A stretch of DNA of 64,000 bases from Phaeosaccion multiseriatum. Taxonomy: Eukaryota > Protista > Ochrophyta, other classes. Position numbers and translations under genes: made by a program. The notes under the pieces were generated by a model, which saw only the letters and a program-made list of their open reading frames with translations, was not told the origin of the DNA and ran no database searches. The stretch is from NCBI GenBank assembly GCA_965112735.1, contig OZ218950.1, positions 6,386,001 to 6,450,000 of the forward strand. The letters run 5' to 3'. Shown in pieces: positions 11,683-24,119 of the stretch; within the stretch, counting starts at the first letter, position 1, and each line of letters starts with the position of its first letter.

Positions 11683-13167
11683 ATGAGGGGGGAGAGGGGC
11701 GATGCTACGCCTGGGGCAGGGACAGCGGCTCTGAGGACTGTGGCCAGCCTCATCTCCGACAAAGCTCTGTGGGGGGTGTGCAAGGAGGTCGATGAGGTCA
11801 CCACCCGCACTCTGAGGATCAACGCCGAAATGCCCGAGCGTGTCCAGCAGCGCATGCTGAGTCTGCTGAAGCGGCAGCAGCAAGAGGAGGGGAGAAGCGC
11901 TGCTTTGGCTTCGTCTTCCGCGACTATGCGTACTGCCTCTGCTGCTCCATCTACTGGCTGTGAGGAAAGACGTACTGCGGAGGGAGCGCGAAGATCGGGG
12001 AGGATTCGGGCGAGGCAGGAAGCGCAGCAGCAGCAGGAGCGACGTGGGAAGAGGCAGCGCAATGAGGCTGGATGTCCTGGTGAGGGGGGATTTTTTCGCG
12101 TGGTGTCTGTGGAGCTCGGCCTCAGCACGTACCTACATTCTGAGTACGATGCCAAGGTTTGTGCTGATGAGGCTCTCGTAGGGAAGGCACTCGCGCTGCT
12201 GCCAGCATCGGTCAGGCTTGTGCGCTTCTCTGAGTACTTCAATCAGGCCGACGTATGTCTTCCTGGCACAGTTGTGGAAGTGGAGCTTGGCCGGAAATTC
12301 AACAAACACATCGATCTCCCTGCCTCTCTGAAGAAGATCAAGTTTGAAATGGACTCGGATTTCAATCAGCAGTTGGTCCTTCCTTGTGGTGTGGAGGAGG
12401 TGCAGATGGGGTATGCCTTTAACCTCCCCCTGGAGCTGCCTGCCTCGCTGAAGAACATCAAATTCGGCTATCTCTTCAATCAGCACGTGGTCCTTCCTTG
12501 TGGTGTGGAGGAGGTGGAGATGGGGTATTACTTCAACCTCCCTCTGGATCTGCCTGCCTCCCTGAAGAAGATCAAGTTTTATAGGTACTCTTCCTTCAAT
12601 CAGCAGTTGGTCCTTCCTTGTGGTGTAGAAGAGGTGGAGATGGGGCGTGACTTTAACCGCCCTCTGGACTTGCCTGCCTCTCTGAAGAAGATCAAATTTG
12701 CCTATCGCTTCAATCAGCACGTGGTCCTTCCTTGTGGTGTGGAGGAGGTGCAGATGGGGCGTGACTTTAACCTCCCTCTGGAGCTGCCTGCCTCTCTGAA
12801 GAAGATCAAATTTTATGAGGGATCGGAGTTCAATCAACAGTTAGTCCTTCCTTGTGGTGTGGAGGAGGTGGAGATGGGGTATCACTTTAACCTCCCTCTG
12901 GAGCTGCCTGCCTCTCTGAAGAAGATCAGACTTGGTTATCACTTCAATCAGCAGATGGCTCTTCCTTGTGGTGTGGAGGAGGTGCAGATGGGGTATGACT
13001 TTAACCTCCCTCTGGAGCTGCCTGCTTCTCTGCGGACTCTGAAACTGGGATGGAATTACACCTGCCCTTTGGAGAGCCTGCCTGCTGGACTGAGGAAGCT
13101 TTGGGTTAGGGCCAACTGCCTGCTGCCTGCAGATCAACCCGAGGGGCTAAAGGTGTTTCGCTATTAA
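11683..13167 (+). CDS. FNIP-repeat protein 2, 494 aa from the conserved ATG (an in-frame upstream ATG at 11446 gives 573 aa), 6 double repeats
   Basis: Same architecture as FNIP1; the ATG at 11683 is the one conserved in all paralogues. Confidence 0.92.
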   Translation: MRGERGDATPGAGTAALRTVASLISDKALWGVCKEVDEVTTRTLRINAEMPERVQQRMLSLLKRQQQEEGRSAALASSSATMRTASAAPSTGCEERRTAEGARRSGRIRARQEAQQQQERRGKRQRNEAGCPGEGGFFRVVSVELGLSTYLHSEYDAKVCADEALVGKALALLPASVRLVRFSEYFNQADVCLPGTVVEVELGRKFNKHIDLPASLKKIKFEMDSDFNQQLVLPCGVEEVQMGYAFNLPLELPASLKNIKFGYLFNQHVVLPCGVEEVEMGYYFNLPLDLPASLKKIKFYRYSSFNQQLVLPCGVEEVEMGRDFNRPLDLPASLKKIKFAYRFNQHVVLPCGVEEVQMGRDFNLPLELPASLKKIKFYEGSEFNQQLVLPCGVEEVEMGYHFNLPLELPASLKKIRLGYHFNQQMALPCGVEEVQMGYDFNLPLELPASLRTLKLGWNYTCPLESLPAGLRKLWVRANCLLPADQPEGLKVFRY

Positions 13168-14246
13168 GGGGTGACGAGCCTCAAGTGAATTGGAGGGGCA
13201 CTCGAGGCCGAGAATGAAGGGTCAGGGGAGAGACTGGGCAGGAGAGAAGTCGACGCTGTATGGAGGTGTATTCACAGAAGAGCAGCGGCAGGGAGGAAGG
13301 AGCTGTACCGTAACAGTGAGGCGCCAAGGTGGGTCAGGATCAGGGTCAGAGGGTCAGGGGGTCAGCCATGGCATGGTTGAGAGTTAGGGCCGCCCTCAAT
13401 CTCTCTCGACCTTGGTCAGACCCCCCGGGGAGGTAGGGAGAGAGAAAGAGGGCCCCCTACTTGCAACCCCTCGGCGGTGTCGGAGGGGGCAGCGGCGATG
13501 GCCGCAGAGGGAGGAGGAGGAGGAGGAGGAGGAGGAGGAGGAGGAGGAGGAGGAGGAGGAGGAGGAGGAGGGGCAGGGGAGGAGCATGATGAATGGACGG
13601 CAGCTTCGACCCCCTTCAACGGAGGGGCTCTCAGCAGCAGCAAAAGGAAGCCCAGCACCAGCAGCACCGGCGACCCTCCCGACGCGCAGCCCCAGCCTCA
13701 TGTTCAGCGGCGGCACTGCTTGGGCCAAGGGCGGGATTCGTGGTCTATGTGCCCGATCCCTGATAGTCCACCCTCCCGCTCCTCCTCCCTGTCCCGCTAC
13801 GGGGCGTCTGCAGGGGCTGGTACACGCCCCCCGGGGGAGAGGGAGCCTCGTGTCTGCCTGGTCCGGATGGAGACAAAGGTGAGCGATCATTTCATGCGGA
13901 CATCGAGTCAACCCTCCTCCCATTCTCCTTGCGCTGTATGGGAAGGGGATGTGTGTTGCTCTCTCGCTTCTCTCGAACTGACTTGCCGCCACGTACTCTC
14001 TGACCCCTCCTCTTTGATCTGGCTCTCTCTCTCTGCTCTCTCCATCTCTTTTACCGTCTCTCTGTGTGCCTCTCTTTCTCCAACCCTCTGTTGCATTGCT
14101 CGAAATCTGCCTTTCTCCCCCTCCTCTGTTGCCCTCTCCTTCTCACTCGCGGTATCTCTCTCTCACACATAATTGTCTCTCTCTTTCCCTCCTTCTCTCT
14201 CTCTTTTCTGCTGCTGCATCGCTCCATCTCTGATCTCTACTCACAG

Positions 14247-14861
14247 CTCGGGCCTACATGTCTCTGAACGACCTCTCCTCCGCCAGCGCTCACCTCGCCA
14301 GGGCACTAGAAGTGGATCCTCACTGTCCAGGAGGTGCGTTGGTGGGGAGGGAGGATGGCAGTAGATGGGGGGGGGGGGGGGGGGGGGGACTATGTGGGGT
14401 TGCAGGGAAGACAAGCAGAGGAAGGGAAGTGCCTTCGTGGGGTGTCAAGCGGGCAGGAGGTGGAGGCGGGGGCGGCGGCGGCGGCGGCGGCGGCGGAGGA
14501 GGAGGAGAAGGAGGCGGTGGGTTGTCAAGGATGAAGAGCAGAGGAAGGACCACTCACAGCCTCACCCACTTCAGGCTCCTCTCCTGTTCCTAATTGCACG
14601 GTCGTCCGTCTGTTGTGCGCCCCCTTCGCCCCTCCCTCCCTACGTCCTTCGCTCCCCTCCCCTCCCCTCCCTCCAGCCTATATGGACCTTGGTCAGTTGC
14701 GCATGCAGGAGGGCAAGGTGGAGGAGGCGCTTTGTCTGTACGAGAAGGGCGTGCTCCACTGGCGCTACTTGCACGAGCTGCACGATGCCATGACGTGTCT
14801 GCTTGTGGCCAAGGAGCACCTCTCTGCCAAGGAGGAGCTGGGGATGGGGGACGAGGAGTGA
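14247..14861 (+). CDS. Tom70-like TPR module, copy 2 (exons 14247-14333, 14677-14861; upstream exon frameshifted)
   Basis: Same two exons, open; the upstream exon ending 13878 is out of phase relative to the other copies. Confidence 0.45.
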
Positions 14862-15115
14862 AGCAGGAGGGGAGGGGAGAGGAGTAGCGTAGAGTAAGGT
14901 CTGGTGTACTCTTGGCAGCAGGACTGAGAGGAGCGTCAAGGTGGGGAGCGCCGCAGGGAAGCTCAGCAACAGCGGAGACGTGCAAGTACTCAGAGTAGGG
15001 AGAGGCAGAGGCAGCAATTACCCTATCAATGAATCAAAGGCCCTCTTCAGCCGCGCTCTACCCGTACCCGCTTAGCTTCCATCCATCTGTGACTGGATTG
15101 GCTGGATTCTACCCG

Positions 15116-15373
15116 TCGGCTCCAGGCGACAGAAGCCGTAGCCCCCTCCAGGCTTCGGGCTTCTGGCCGCAGGCCAGCGCAGGCTTCTGGCCGCAGGCCA
15201 GTGGTCAGGCTTCAGGCTTCTCAGGCTGGGAGAAAAATGGGGGACTTGGCAGGCTTCTCGCTACTTTCTGCAGGCTTCTGGCCGCAGGCCAGCCGCAGGC
15301 TTCTTATTTTCGGCCGCAGGCCGCCGCAGGCTTCTGCTTTATCGGGGGCCCGAGAAACCTCGCCTGGAGCCGA
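15116..15373. mobile_element. 258-bp MITE, 14-bp TIR TCGGCTCCAGGCGA, 6-bp TSD TACCCG
   Basis: Perfect TIRs with TACCCG on both sides. The empty site GGATTCTACCCGAGGACC is present upstream of FNIP1, 2 and 4. Internal CAGGCTTC repeats. Confidence 0.92.
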
Positions 15374-15394
15374 TACCCGAGGACCTTGCCCACA

Positions 15395-15945
15395 TCCGAC
15401 CAAGAATATGGGGACGGCCACAAATCACTTATGATTGATGTCACGCTCACAGATGCCACCAACATCACCAATCGGGCCAAGGCATCGAAGGAGGCACTCG
15501 CGGCAGCCAAGAAGGCTGAAGCAACCAAGCGGACGAGATATGGGGTGCCACAGGTAGGCATGGAAGGCCAGCGTGGGGATATCCACTATGACCCCACGAG
15601 GTACCACCTCGTCCCTTTCGCAATGGAACAGCAAGGCGCATTTGGTCCTTCTGCTCAGTCGTTTATGAAAACCCTTGCCACCCCACATGGCTGGGGGGCA
15701 CGAACATCTGGACATGAGGGCTTATGCGAGAGCTGTTTGCGTCATTCGGCGGCGATTAGCCGTAGCGCTCCAGCGGGCCCGACACGAACGATCGGTTCGA
15801 CACAGGATCCTGGCTGGTATCAACTTTGTTCCAATGGGGAGAACTGATGAGTCAGAGGGACACGACCTCGAGGGCTAAGTTCCCCCGGGGCGGTGAGACA
15901 TTACTTTTAGACAACCATAGATGGCACTTAAGGGTGTAATATATT
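15395..15945 (+). mobile_element. 5'-truncated non-LTR retrotransposon (CRE-like), restriction-like endonuclease C-terminus plus 3' UTR, frameshifted
   Basis: LMIDVT..AAKKAEATKRTRY..LVPFAMEQQGAFGPSAQSFMKTLA, then after a frameshift RRLAVALQR; ends in an AT-rich tail; absent from the homologous site of FNIP1, 2 and 4. Confidence 0.8.
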
Positions 15946-16107
15946 ACAGCCTTTTTTTGGCAGACGGAGCAGCTAGTAGGGCAGCGAGAGACGCAAGAGG
16001 GAAGAGGAAGTAGTAGCAGTGGTGGCAGAGGACGGAGCAGGGCGGTCCCAAGGAGGGCCCCAGGACAGAAAGAAGAGATTCGCCGGGGGAAGGTCGAGGG
16101 GGGAGAA

Positions 16108-17628
16108 ATGAGGGGGGAGACGGGCGATGCTACGCCTGGGGCAGGGACAGCGGCTCTGAGGACTGTGGCCAGCCTCATCTCCGACAAAGCTCTGTGGGGG
16201 GTGTGCAAGGAGGTCGATGAGGTCACCACCCGCACTCTGAGGATCAACGCCGAAATGCCCGAGCGTGTCCAGCAGCGCATGCTGAGTCTGCTGAAGCGGC
16301 AGCAGCAAGAGGAGGGGAGAAGCGCTGCTTTGGCTTCGTCTTCCGCGACTATGCGTACTGCCTCTGCTGCTCCATCTACTGGCTGTGAGGAAAGACGTAC
16401 TGCGGAGGGAGCGCGAAGATCGGGGAGGATTCGGGCGAGGCAGGAAGCGCAGCAGCAGCAGGAGCGACGTGGGAAGAGGCAGCGCAATGAGGCTGGACCT
16501 CCTGGTGAGGGGGGCTTCTTTCGCGTGGTGTCTGTGGAGCTCGGTCTCAAGACCTACCGAGATGATGACGAGGAGCTCGGCCTCGGGACGTACCAAGATG
16601 ACGACGCCAAAGTATCTGCTGATGGGGCTCTCGTAGGGAAGGTACTCGCGCTGCTGCCAGCATCGGTCAGGCTTGTGCGCTTCTCTGAGTCTTTCAATCA
16701 GGCCGACGTATGTCTTCCTGGCACAGTTGTGGAAGTGGAATTCGGGCGGCACTTTAACAAACACGTCGATCTCCCCGCCTCTCTGAAGAAGATCAAGTTT
16801 GTGGAGTCCTCGGAGTTCAATCAGCAGTTGGTCCTTCCTTGCGGTGTGGAGGAGGTGCAGATGGGGTGTGACTTTAACCTGCCTCTGGAACTGCCTGCCT
16901 CTCTGAAGAAGATCACATTCGGTTGGAGCTACAACCAGCACGTGGTCCTTCCTTGTGGGGTGGAGGAGGTGGAGATGGGGTTTGACTTTAACCACCCTCT
17001 GGACCTGCCTGCTTCTCTGAAGAAGATCAGATTTGCCTATCTCTTCAATCAGCACGTGGTCCTTCCTTTTGGTGTGGAGGAGATGGAGATGGGGTATCGC
17101 TTTAACCTCCCTCTGGATCTGCCTACCTCTCTGAAGAAGATCACATTCGGTTGGAGCTACAACCAGCACGTGGTCCTTCCTTGTGGGGTGGAGGAGGTGG
17201 AGATGGGGTTTGACTTTAACCTCCCCCTTGAGCTGCCTGCCTCGCTGAAGAAGATCAGATTTGGCTATGACTTCAATCAGCACGTGGTCCTTCCTTGTGG
17301 TGTGGAGGAGATGGAGATGGGGTATCGCTTTAACCTCCCTCTGGAACTGCCTACCTCTCTGAAGAAGATCAGATTTGATGAGGAATCTCGCTTCAATCAG
17401 CACGTGGTCCTTCCTTGTGGTGTGGAGGAGGTGGAGATGGGGGATGCCTTTAACCTCCCTCTGGAGCTGCCTGCTTCTCTGCGGACTCTGAAACTGGGAC
17501 GGTATTACACCTGCCCTATGGAGAGCCTGCCTGCCGGACTGAGGAAGCTTTGGGCTCGGACCAACTACCCGCTGCCTGCGGATCTACCCGAGGGGCTGGA
17601 GGTGTTTCGCTTGGAAGGGATGGCGTGA
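16108..17628 (+). CDS. FNIP-repeat protein 3, 506 aa, 6 double repeats
   Basis: Same architecture as FNIP1. Confidence 0.92.
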   Translation: MRGETGDATPGAGTAALRTVASLISDKALWGVCKEVDEVTTRTLRINAEMPERVQQRMLSLLKRQQQEEGRSAALASSSATMRTASAAPSTGCEERRTAEGARRSGRIRARQEAQQQQERRGKRQRNEAGPPGEGGFFRVVSVELGLKTYRDDDEELGLGTYQDDDAKVSADGALVGKVLALLPASVRLVRFSESFNQADVCLPGTVVEVEFGRHFNKHVDLPASLKKIKFVESSEFNQQLVLPCGVEEVQMGCDFNLPLELPASLKKITFGWSYNQHVVLPCGVEEVEMGFDFNHPLDLPASLKKIRFAYLFNQHVVLPFGVEEMEMGYRFNLPLDLPTSLKKITFGWSYNQHVVLPCGVEEVEMGFDFNLPLELPASLKKIRFGYDFNQHVVLPCGVEEMEMGYRFNLPLELPTSLKKIRFDEESRFNQHVVLPCGVEEVEMGDAFNLPLELPASLRTLKLGRYYTCPMESLPAGLRKLWARTNYPLPADLPEGLEVFRLEGMA

Positions 17629-18206
17629 CTTGACAGAATCGGAGGGGCACACGAGGCCGAGAAAGAACGTTCAAGAGCGAGGCTGGGCAGGATGTGCATT
17701 CACATGAGAGCAGCAGCAGCGGCAGCAGCAGCAGCCGCAGGGAGGAAGGGGCTGCCTCTTGAGAGTGAAGCGCCAAGCTGGATCAGGGTCAGGGCTAGAG
17801 GGTCAGGGGATCTTAGCACGGCTGAGTGTGAGGTTGGCCTCCATTGTCTTCTCGAATCGAGCGTGACTTCATGTGTGCGTGTCTCCATCCCCTGCTGGCA
17901 GATGATGTCTAGCAACGTAGGCAAGGTGCTCAGGAGCGGAGCAGCAAGAGCAAGAGGAGACAAGGAGGCGATGCGGACAAACTAAAAGAGCTCAAGCAAA
18001 CAGGATGAGCGGCATGGCAATAGTCATTCAGTCAGTCAGTCAGTCAGTCAGTAAATCGCCCTTGCGATGCGAAGGCGGAAGGAGGCAACAGCAGCAGTGG
18101 TTATGCCAGATTGTTCAGTTTCAGTTTTGTAGAGCCAAAACCAGCCTACAAAAGGTCAATCAAAAGGAAGCCAGTGTTTCTGTGGGGGGGCACCAAGCAC
18201 TTGTTC

Positions 18207-18238
<32 letters not shown>

Positions 18239-18626
18239 TACAGGTCCTCGCAACGCTCCATACGGGGCAGAGGGTAGGGGGGGGCGGGGCTGGGGGGCTA
18301 CCTATGTGTCTGTCTCCAGGAGCATTGGCCAGAGTACACACCAGACCGCACACCACAGTTCACAGCCCCGCAGTCAGTCAGTGAGTCAGTGGGAGCTCGT
18401 CCCTTGGAACCTTGGTCTCCGCCCCGCTCCTTTCGGGTCCAACGCGATGGATGTTCGCTGCACCATTCAAACTGCAATGCGCTGAGGTTTCTTTGTACAC
18501 AAGCGACATGATGCCACGGGGGCAGGCGTTACAACTCCACTCTCACCCTCCGTTGAGAGAGACACAATAGAGAGAGAGAGAGGAGAGAGTCCGCCAGTAA
18601 GTCGGTGGGAGAGTTCGGCCAGTAAG

Positions 18627-21600
18627 TCAGTGGGCAGCCGGCTGCCCTGCCACTACCTGCTCTGCCTGCGCGCTGGCGGTTGCTGCTGCCGCGTCTGCCT
18701 TGATTGTGGAGAGTGCGTGGAAGAAGCGAAACGCAAAGAAGTCGCTCATGCAAGTGACGGCAGGCCGGGTGGAGTCGAACGAGTCCATTCGTGCCAACAA
18801 GCGGACGCTGTTAGCGCGTATGCTCTCGTCACTGTGCATGAGGCCCTGTGCTAGCACCGAGATGCCCCCCTGGGACTCCGGCAGCAGGCCCAGCAGCACC
18901 TGATGTGTGTGTGCGTGTGTGTGTGTGGTTGTGTGAGTGAGGGAGGGAGGGAGGGAGGGAGGAAGTGTGAGTGAATGAGTGAGTGACTGACTGAGTGAGT
19001 GAAGGAGCGAGTGTGTGATGCCGAGCAATACCTGCAGTGACTCCTCGCTCTGGAGGGCGTCGGTGAGCTCCTGAAAGATGTGTCGAGCGTCGGGGGTGTG
19101 CATGTCCCTCTCAAGCTGCAGACGCCGCAGGTGCTCACGGAGCCTAGGGAGGGAGGGAGCGAGTGAGAGAGTCGGGGCGGGGTGTTGGTGGTGTTGTTGT
19201 TGTTGTTGCTGTTGTAGGGCGGGTCAGAGGAGATGTGTAGAGGCGACGGGCGTTACACACACATGGAAAGGGAGAGAGCGCACAACGGTACTCCTCGCAG
19301 GGAGGGAAGGGGATACCCATCACCGCCCACCCAACCCTCACCACCAGCGGGCTAGCTAAAACTGAAACCTGGCACTCCCTCATGGCAATAAACAATAAAC
19401 TGAAATTTGACACTCCCACCCACCTGCTGCCAGGGATCTTGAGGCGGGCACTGCAGCGGTCCCAAGGGTTTCCATCAGTTTCCGCGGTGACGTGGTAGAG
19501 CTTTATTAACTTGCCGAGTCGCCAGGCGTTCCTCTCACACTTGTACTCATGCTCAGCCCGTGCGGTTTCGGAGAGCTGAGAAGGAGAAGAGGAGGAGGAG
19601 GAGGAGGCGGGGCTTTCAGCTCTCCGCCACGCACACACAAACATGTACACACAGAGACACACATACAAGGGATTGCCCCACACGCTCCTTCCACACGCTT
19701 CGCTCGTTCGCTCGGGCCTTACTTGGGGCCGTTTTTCTGTCCCTCCCCTCCTTACCCTCCTTCAACCTCCTTCCCATCCCCTCCCTCCTTCCCCTCGTGT
19801 ATTTCCCCTCCTTACTCTCCCAACTCACCTTGTAGCAAAGTCCAGTGACTTGGTCAGTGGCGAGATCGAAGAGCGCTGCGGTGTAGTCAAGGAACTTGGT
19901 CCTGGCCAGCTGCTCGTTGATGTGCGGTGACTTCATGGTGGCGATGAGGCCATTGACAAATCGCGCGTCCTCTTCTGTCATAAGCTGTGTGCATCACAGA
20001 TCCCCACCCACCCATCCACGCACGGACCCAGCCCGAAGGGTAGAGGGAGGACCGACAAGACCAACGAGAGCGGGAAGGGAGGAGATGGGAGGGGAGGGGA
20101 GAAGGGTCGGGTGGGGAGAGAGCGATTGATGCATTGATTCGTCAGACCACGTTTTGTCTCGGCCTTGGCAAGTACTTCGTATCGCAGATGATCGACTTGT
20201 TTCAACACGGCTGGCAAGACTCTTCGAGCAGAGAGCGAACTAAACCGGCGCCACATGTGAAGCCATGAAGCCAAGATGGAGCGCATCCACTCTTGCCCGA
20301 CCCATCTATAAAATCTCTCTCACCCCTTCCTCCCCTCCCTCTCCCTCTCCCTCTTCCTCCCTCCCTCCCTCCCCTCTCTCTCCCTCTTCCGCCCTCCCTT
20401 CCCTCTCTCTCCCTCTGCCCGCCCCCCCTCCTGTGTCCCTCTTCTCATCCACCTGTCTACCCTACCCCACCCACCTGCTCTGCTGAAACCCGAGGTCCTC
20501 CGGGCGTGGGCGGGGGTGAAGACCTTCCCTTGGCCTGGTCAAGTGCTGCCTTCTCCTCGGCTGTGACCACGGTGCCTGTGCCATTCGGCAGATCCAGGGC
20601 GCAGAGAATGTCCCACCACTCGTGGTGTGACTCGAACATGGGGTTGGTGACACCGGCGATGAAGCCCTCCACCTGGATGGATGGGTGGGTTGGTGGAGGG
20701 AGAGAGAGAGGGAGGGAGGGAGAGAGAGACGAGCGATGACGAGTAGCCAGCAGAGCAAGCAAGCAGCAAGCAGCGGGGTGAGTGAGATTTATGCAAAAGT
20801 CTATACACTTCACACAAGCAAAGGCGATGAGAGATACTCACTCACTCACTCGATCACCCACTCACTCACTCACACACCCTCTCGCTCTTTCCCTCACCCA
20901 CTCACTCACAGACTGACTCACTTACTCACTCGCCCACTCATTCACTCACTCACTCACTCATCCACTCACTCTCAAACACCCTCTCGCTCTTTCCCTCACC
21001 CACTCCCTCCCTCACTCACTCACTCACTCACTCGCTCACTCACTCACTCACCCCCTCCCTCACTCACTGACTCACCCCCTGACTCACGTAGTCACTCACC
21101 CACTCACCCACTCACCCACTCACTCACCTCTAAGAAGCTTAGGTCGCTAAGGTTGGCGTAGGGAAAGGTTCTGTGTACGAGGCCTTGGATGGGCGGGGAC
21201 ATGAGCGCAAGGGCTGCGAGGACGAGTTTGCACACGTCTCCAGAGGCGTGGTTGTAACCGACAAACTATGAGAGGGACAGAGACAAGGAGGCGATGACAG
21301 AGGGGTAGATAGGTAGGTGTAAAGAGGGGACAGAGAGAGAGAGAGAGAACAGAGAGAGAAAAGGGGAGAGAGAGAGGGAGGGGAGAGAGAGGAGAGAGAT
21401 GGGAGGGGGGGAGAGAGCGAGGTAGAGACGGAGAGACAGGGTTTAGGGGGAAACAGAGGAAACGACGACTTGTTGGGTGGGCGACTTGGGCTCCAACCCC
21501 AACTTCACTCACCAGCACTCGCTGACCCGTCAGCACAGCGTTGTAGATCTTCATCGCGCTCTGTGGTGATGAAGGAAGGGGGCGGATGGTTGGGTGGGTG

Positions 21601-23989
21601 GGTGCGTGGGTGGGTGGGCCCAGAGAGAGAAGGAAGGAGGACGAGGGGGAAGAGAATAGAGTACAAAATTAGACACGAGAGGAGAAGAGTGCACCGTAAC
21701 ACTGGGGTTAGATAAGGAGGGGGTACAGAAGGGAACAAGGCGGACCCAACACAGGAGGGAAAGGAAGACTGGGAACCAAGCAAAGCCAAGCCAAGCAAAG
21801 CCCACCAGGCAGTCTCTCCGGCGGCGTTCCACCGCCCTGTGGGTGCGTGCGTTCACTGCTTTCGCCTGTGGGAATGAAATGCTAGGGTGCAGGGTGCGGT
21901 TCCTCCTTCCTTCCTTCCTTCCCTCCTTCCCTCCCGGGTGGGGGGGAAAGGATCCTCCTCTTCCTCCGCTCCTCCTCCCCTTCCTCCACCTCCTCCTCTC
22001 TCACCTGCCCAAAGACGTTCAGCAATAGCATGATGGAGGGTCCTAGCGTCTCGTCTGGAGAGGTGTGCAGCGGTATGCTTGCCTGCACGGGCTGTCCTTC
22101 GGCCCCCTGCTTTCCGAAGCTGATGGTGTGGGTCCACTTGTGAGGAAGGTGTTCGTCAGGACAGCTACCCACGTATCTGTCTGCAAGGCCCCGCCGCATC
22201 AACTGCCGCTCCCAGGGGCAAGGTCGAGGTACCTAAGGATCGAGGGGTGGCACCGGGTTAGATATCCGTCGGGTCATCGGGTCATTGGAGGGTGGGGGTG
22301 AGGGTGTGGGTGGTTGGAGAGGTGCACGCAAGGAAGAAAGATACAACAACGGCATTCAAATGGATCATCTATGCTGGTTCAAAGACGTCACTCGACTACC
22401 ATCTGCTACCATCCATAAAAAAATCAATCAATAGATTGACTGTTCACACCTGCACAAACCGTATGCCTCCATCCATCCCCCTCCCCCTTGACTCACCTCC
22501 GACAAATCGGCTCCATTTAGTGTGTCAAAGAGATCTTTAAGGACGACAGGGTCCTGCAATGTGTAGTAGCGGTCCAGCGCGATGAGCAGCAGCGGCCGAA
22601 ACACTTCTATAAAGTTGTACTGACTGCACACGGTCAGAGCCTTGACCACCGCCCCTCTCCGCACTGTGGGGTCGTCCTTCTTGCGAACGAGATTGATGCA
22701 GTAGAGGAAGGGACCGGTCCGCGCTCGTTCTTCCTCGCTCAGGTCGTCGGAGGAAGTAGGACGAGGAGGAAGAGGAGGAGGAGTGCGCACTTGACCCACG
22801 CCTGCAGCAGCATCTTGTTCTCGAGGGAGAAGGGGGGGGAAGTCGGCGTCTAGCGCTGGCTTACGCTGTTTGTTGATTTGGTTTTGGTGTTGGTTAGGCA
22901 ATCGGTCGCATCAGAAAAGGAGGACGGCAAGGGGAGAGAAGGGAAGGTGCACCGGGTTAGGAGAGGCCTGGCCCAATCATGGACAATAATAGCGTCACGT
23001 CCTTGATGCCAAGGGGGGTAGGGGGGGGGGATATGAGAGATGAGCGAGCGGAGTGAAAGGCCTCTCCTAAAGAAGAACAAAGGCCACACACCGAGCTATC
23101 CACTCTCTCCGAACGCATACATGGGCGTTTGTGTTCGTGCGTGCGGCTGTGCCGGTAACACGCCATACGATCCCCACCAAGAGTCAACGATGGGACACCA
23201 GAGGCCTCCCCATCCCAGCACCCTCCTCGCTCTTCCTTCATCGCCAGACTGGGCATCGTAGGAGCCAAAGCCACCCCACCATAGCAGCAGCTTCCGCGAG
23301 CAATGAGTTTACCGAAGGGAGGCCCCACATCCCGTTCTATTGCTCGATCACTAACCTTGTTCAGGAAGAAGACACACCAGTCCAAGGAATGGTTGTGGGC
23401 ACCCTCTGGCAGCATGTACTCTGCGGACGCAGGGATAGGCAGGCGACGGGAGAAGTGTGATGGGGTCATTATGGCAAGGGGTTGAGCAGGAAGCTCGTCC
23501 CTGACCCTCTGTTGCTACATGGCCAAGCTGGTGCAACTTGCCCATCGGCACCCACCGTACCTGCAAAGTAGTCATCGGTGTAGCCCGGAACCGGACGTGG
23601 GTACTTGTGACGAACAGTACTGCAGCAGCAGAAGCAGTGTCAAGAGGGAAGAGGGTAAAAGAGATGTACCGGGGAAGGAAGTGTGAGCAGTTGACGTTGT
23701 TCGTCAAATTGTTCCCTATTCGCCGGCAGCTTCTACGACATTGACCGGGGGGGGGCTCAAAAGAGCGGTAGTAGTAGTACCTCCAACATTGGAGGCTCTC
23801 AGAGGCTTGCGTGTAGGATAAAAAGACGACTGCCAGAAACAGACAGAAGCACAGAGATAGGACGAGAGTGTCCTCTCTTCCTCTTCTTGCGTCTCACCTG
23901 CCGCTATCAATATCAAACTCCGCTAGAATCACATGGTCCACAAGAGGAGCCGCACTCTTCCCTCTCTTATGCTTGAGAGCCCAACCCAT
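18627..23989 (-). CDS. Afi1/MesA-like (DENN-related, SPA domain) polarity/trafficking protein, multi-exon
   Basis: [12 protein letters not shown]|TVRHKYP..FAE|[79 protein letters not shown]. Confidence 0.85.
20835..21127. repeat. (CACT)n tetranucleotide tract in intron
   Basis: Reads GTGAGTGAGT.. from the donor site on the minus strand. Confidence 0.9.
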
Positions 23990-24119
23990 GGTCCAGCTAT
24001 CGTCCAAAGAGAGGGCGCCGACCTTTTTGGCCCCTATGACTCTCAATTTTTTATTATCGTACCGACTCTACAAGTCGATGTATTACTATTAGAGAGCGCT
24101 GTCTGGCCCAAGGGCAGAG

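Larger units (their letters stand above)
7029..17965 (+). repeat. FNIP cluster A: tandem units FNIP1-[TPR exons]-FNIP2-[TPR exons]-[MITE+LINE]-FNIP3
   Basis: Upstream leader, TPR exons and 3' flanks recur; homologous to 29411-39180. Confidence 0.9.

Noticed and set aside
15844-15870. CTGATGAG hammerhead-like core at the LINE 3' end
   Set aside because: The GTC/GAC stem is followed by ACGA rather than the required GAAA, and the sequence lies within coding frame.
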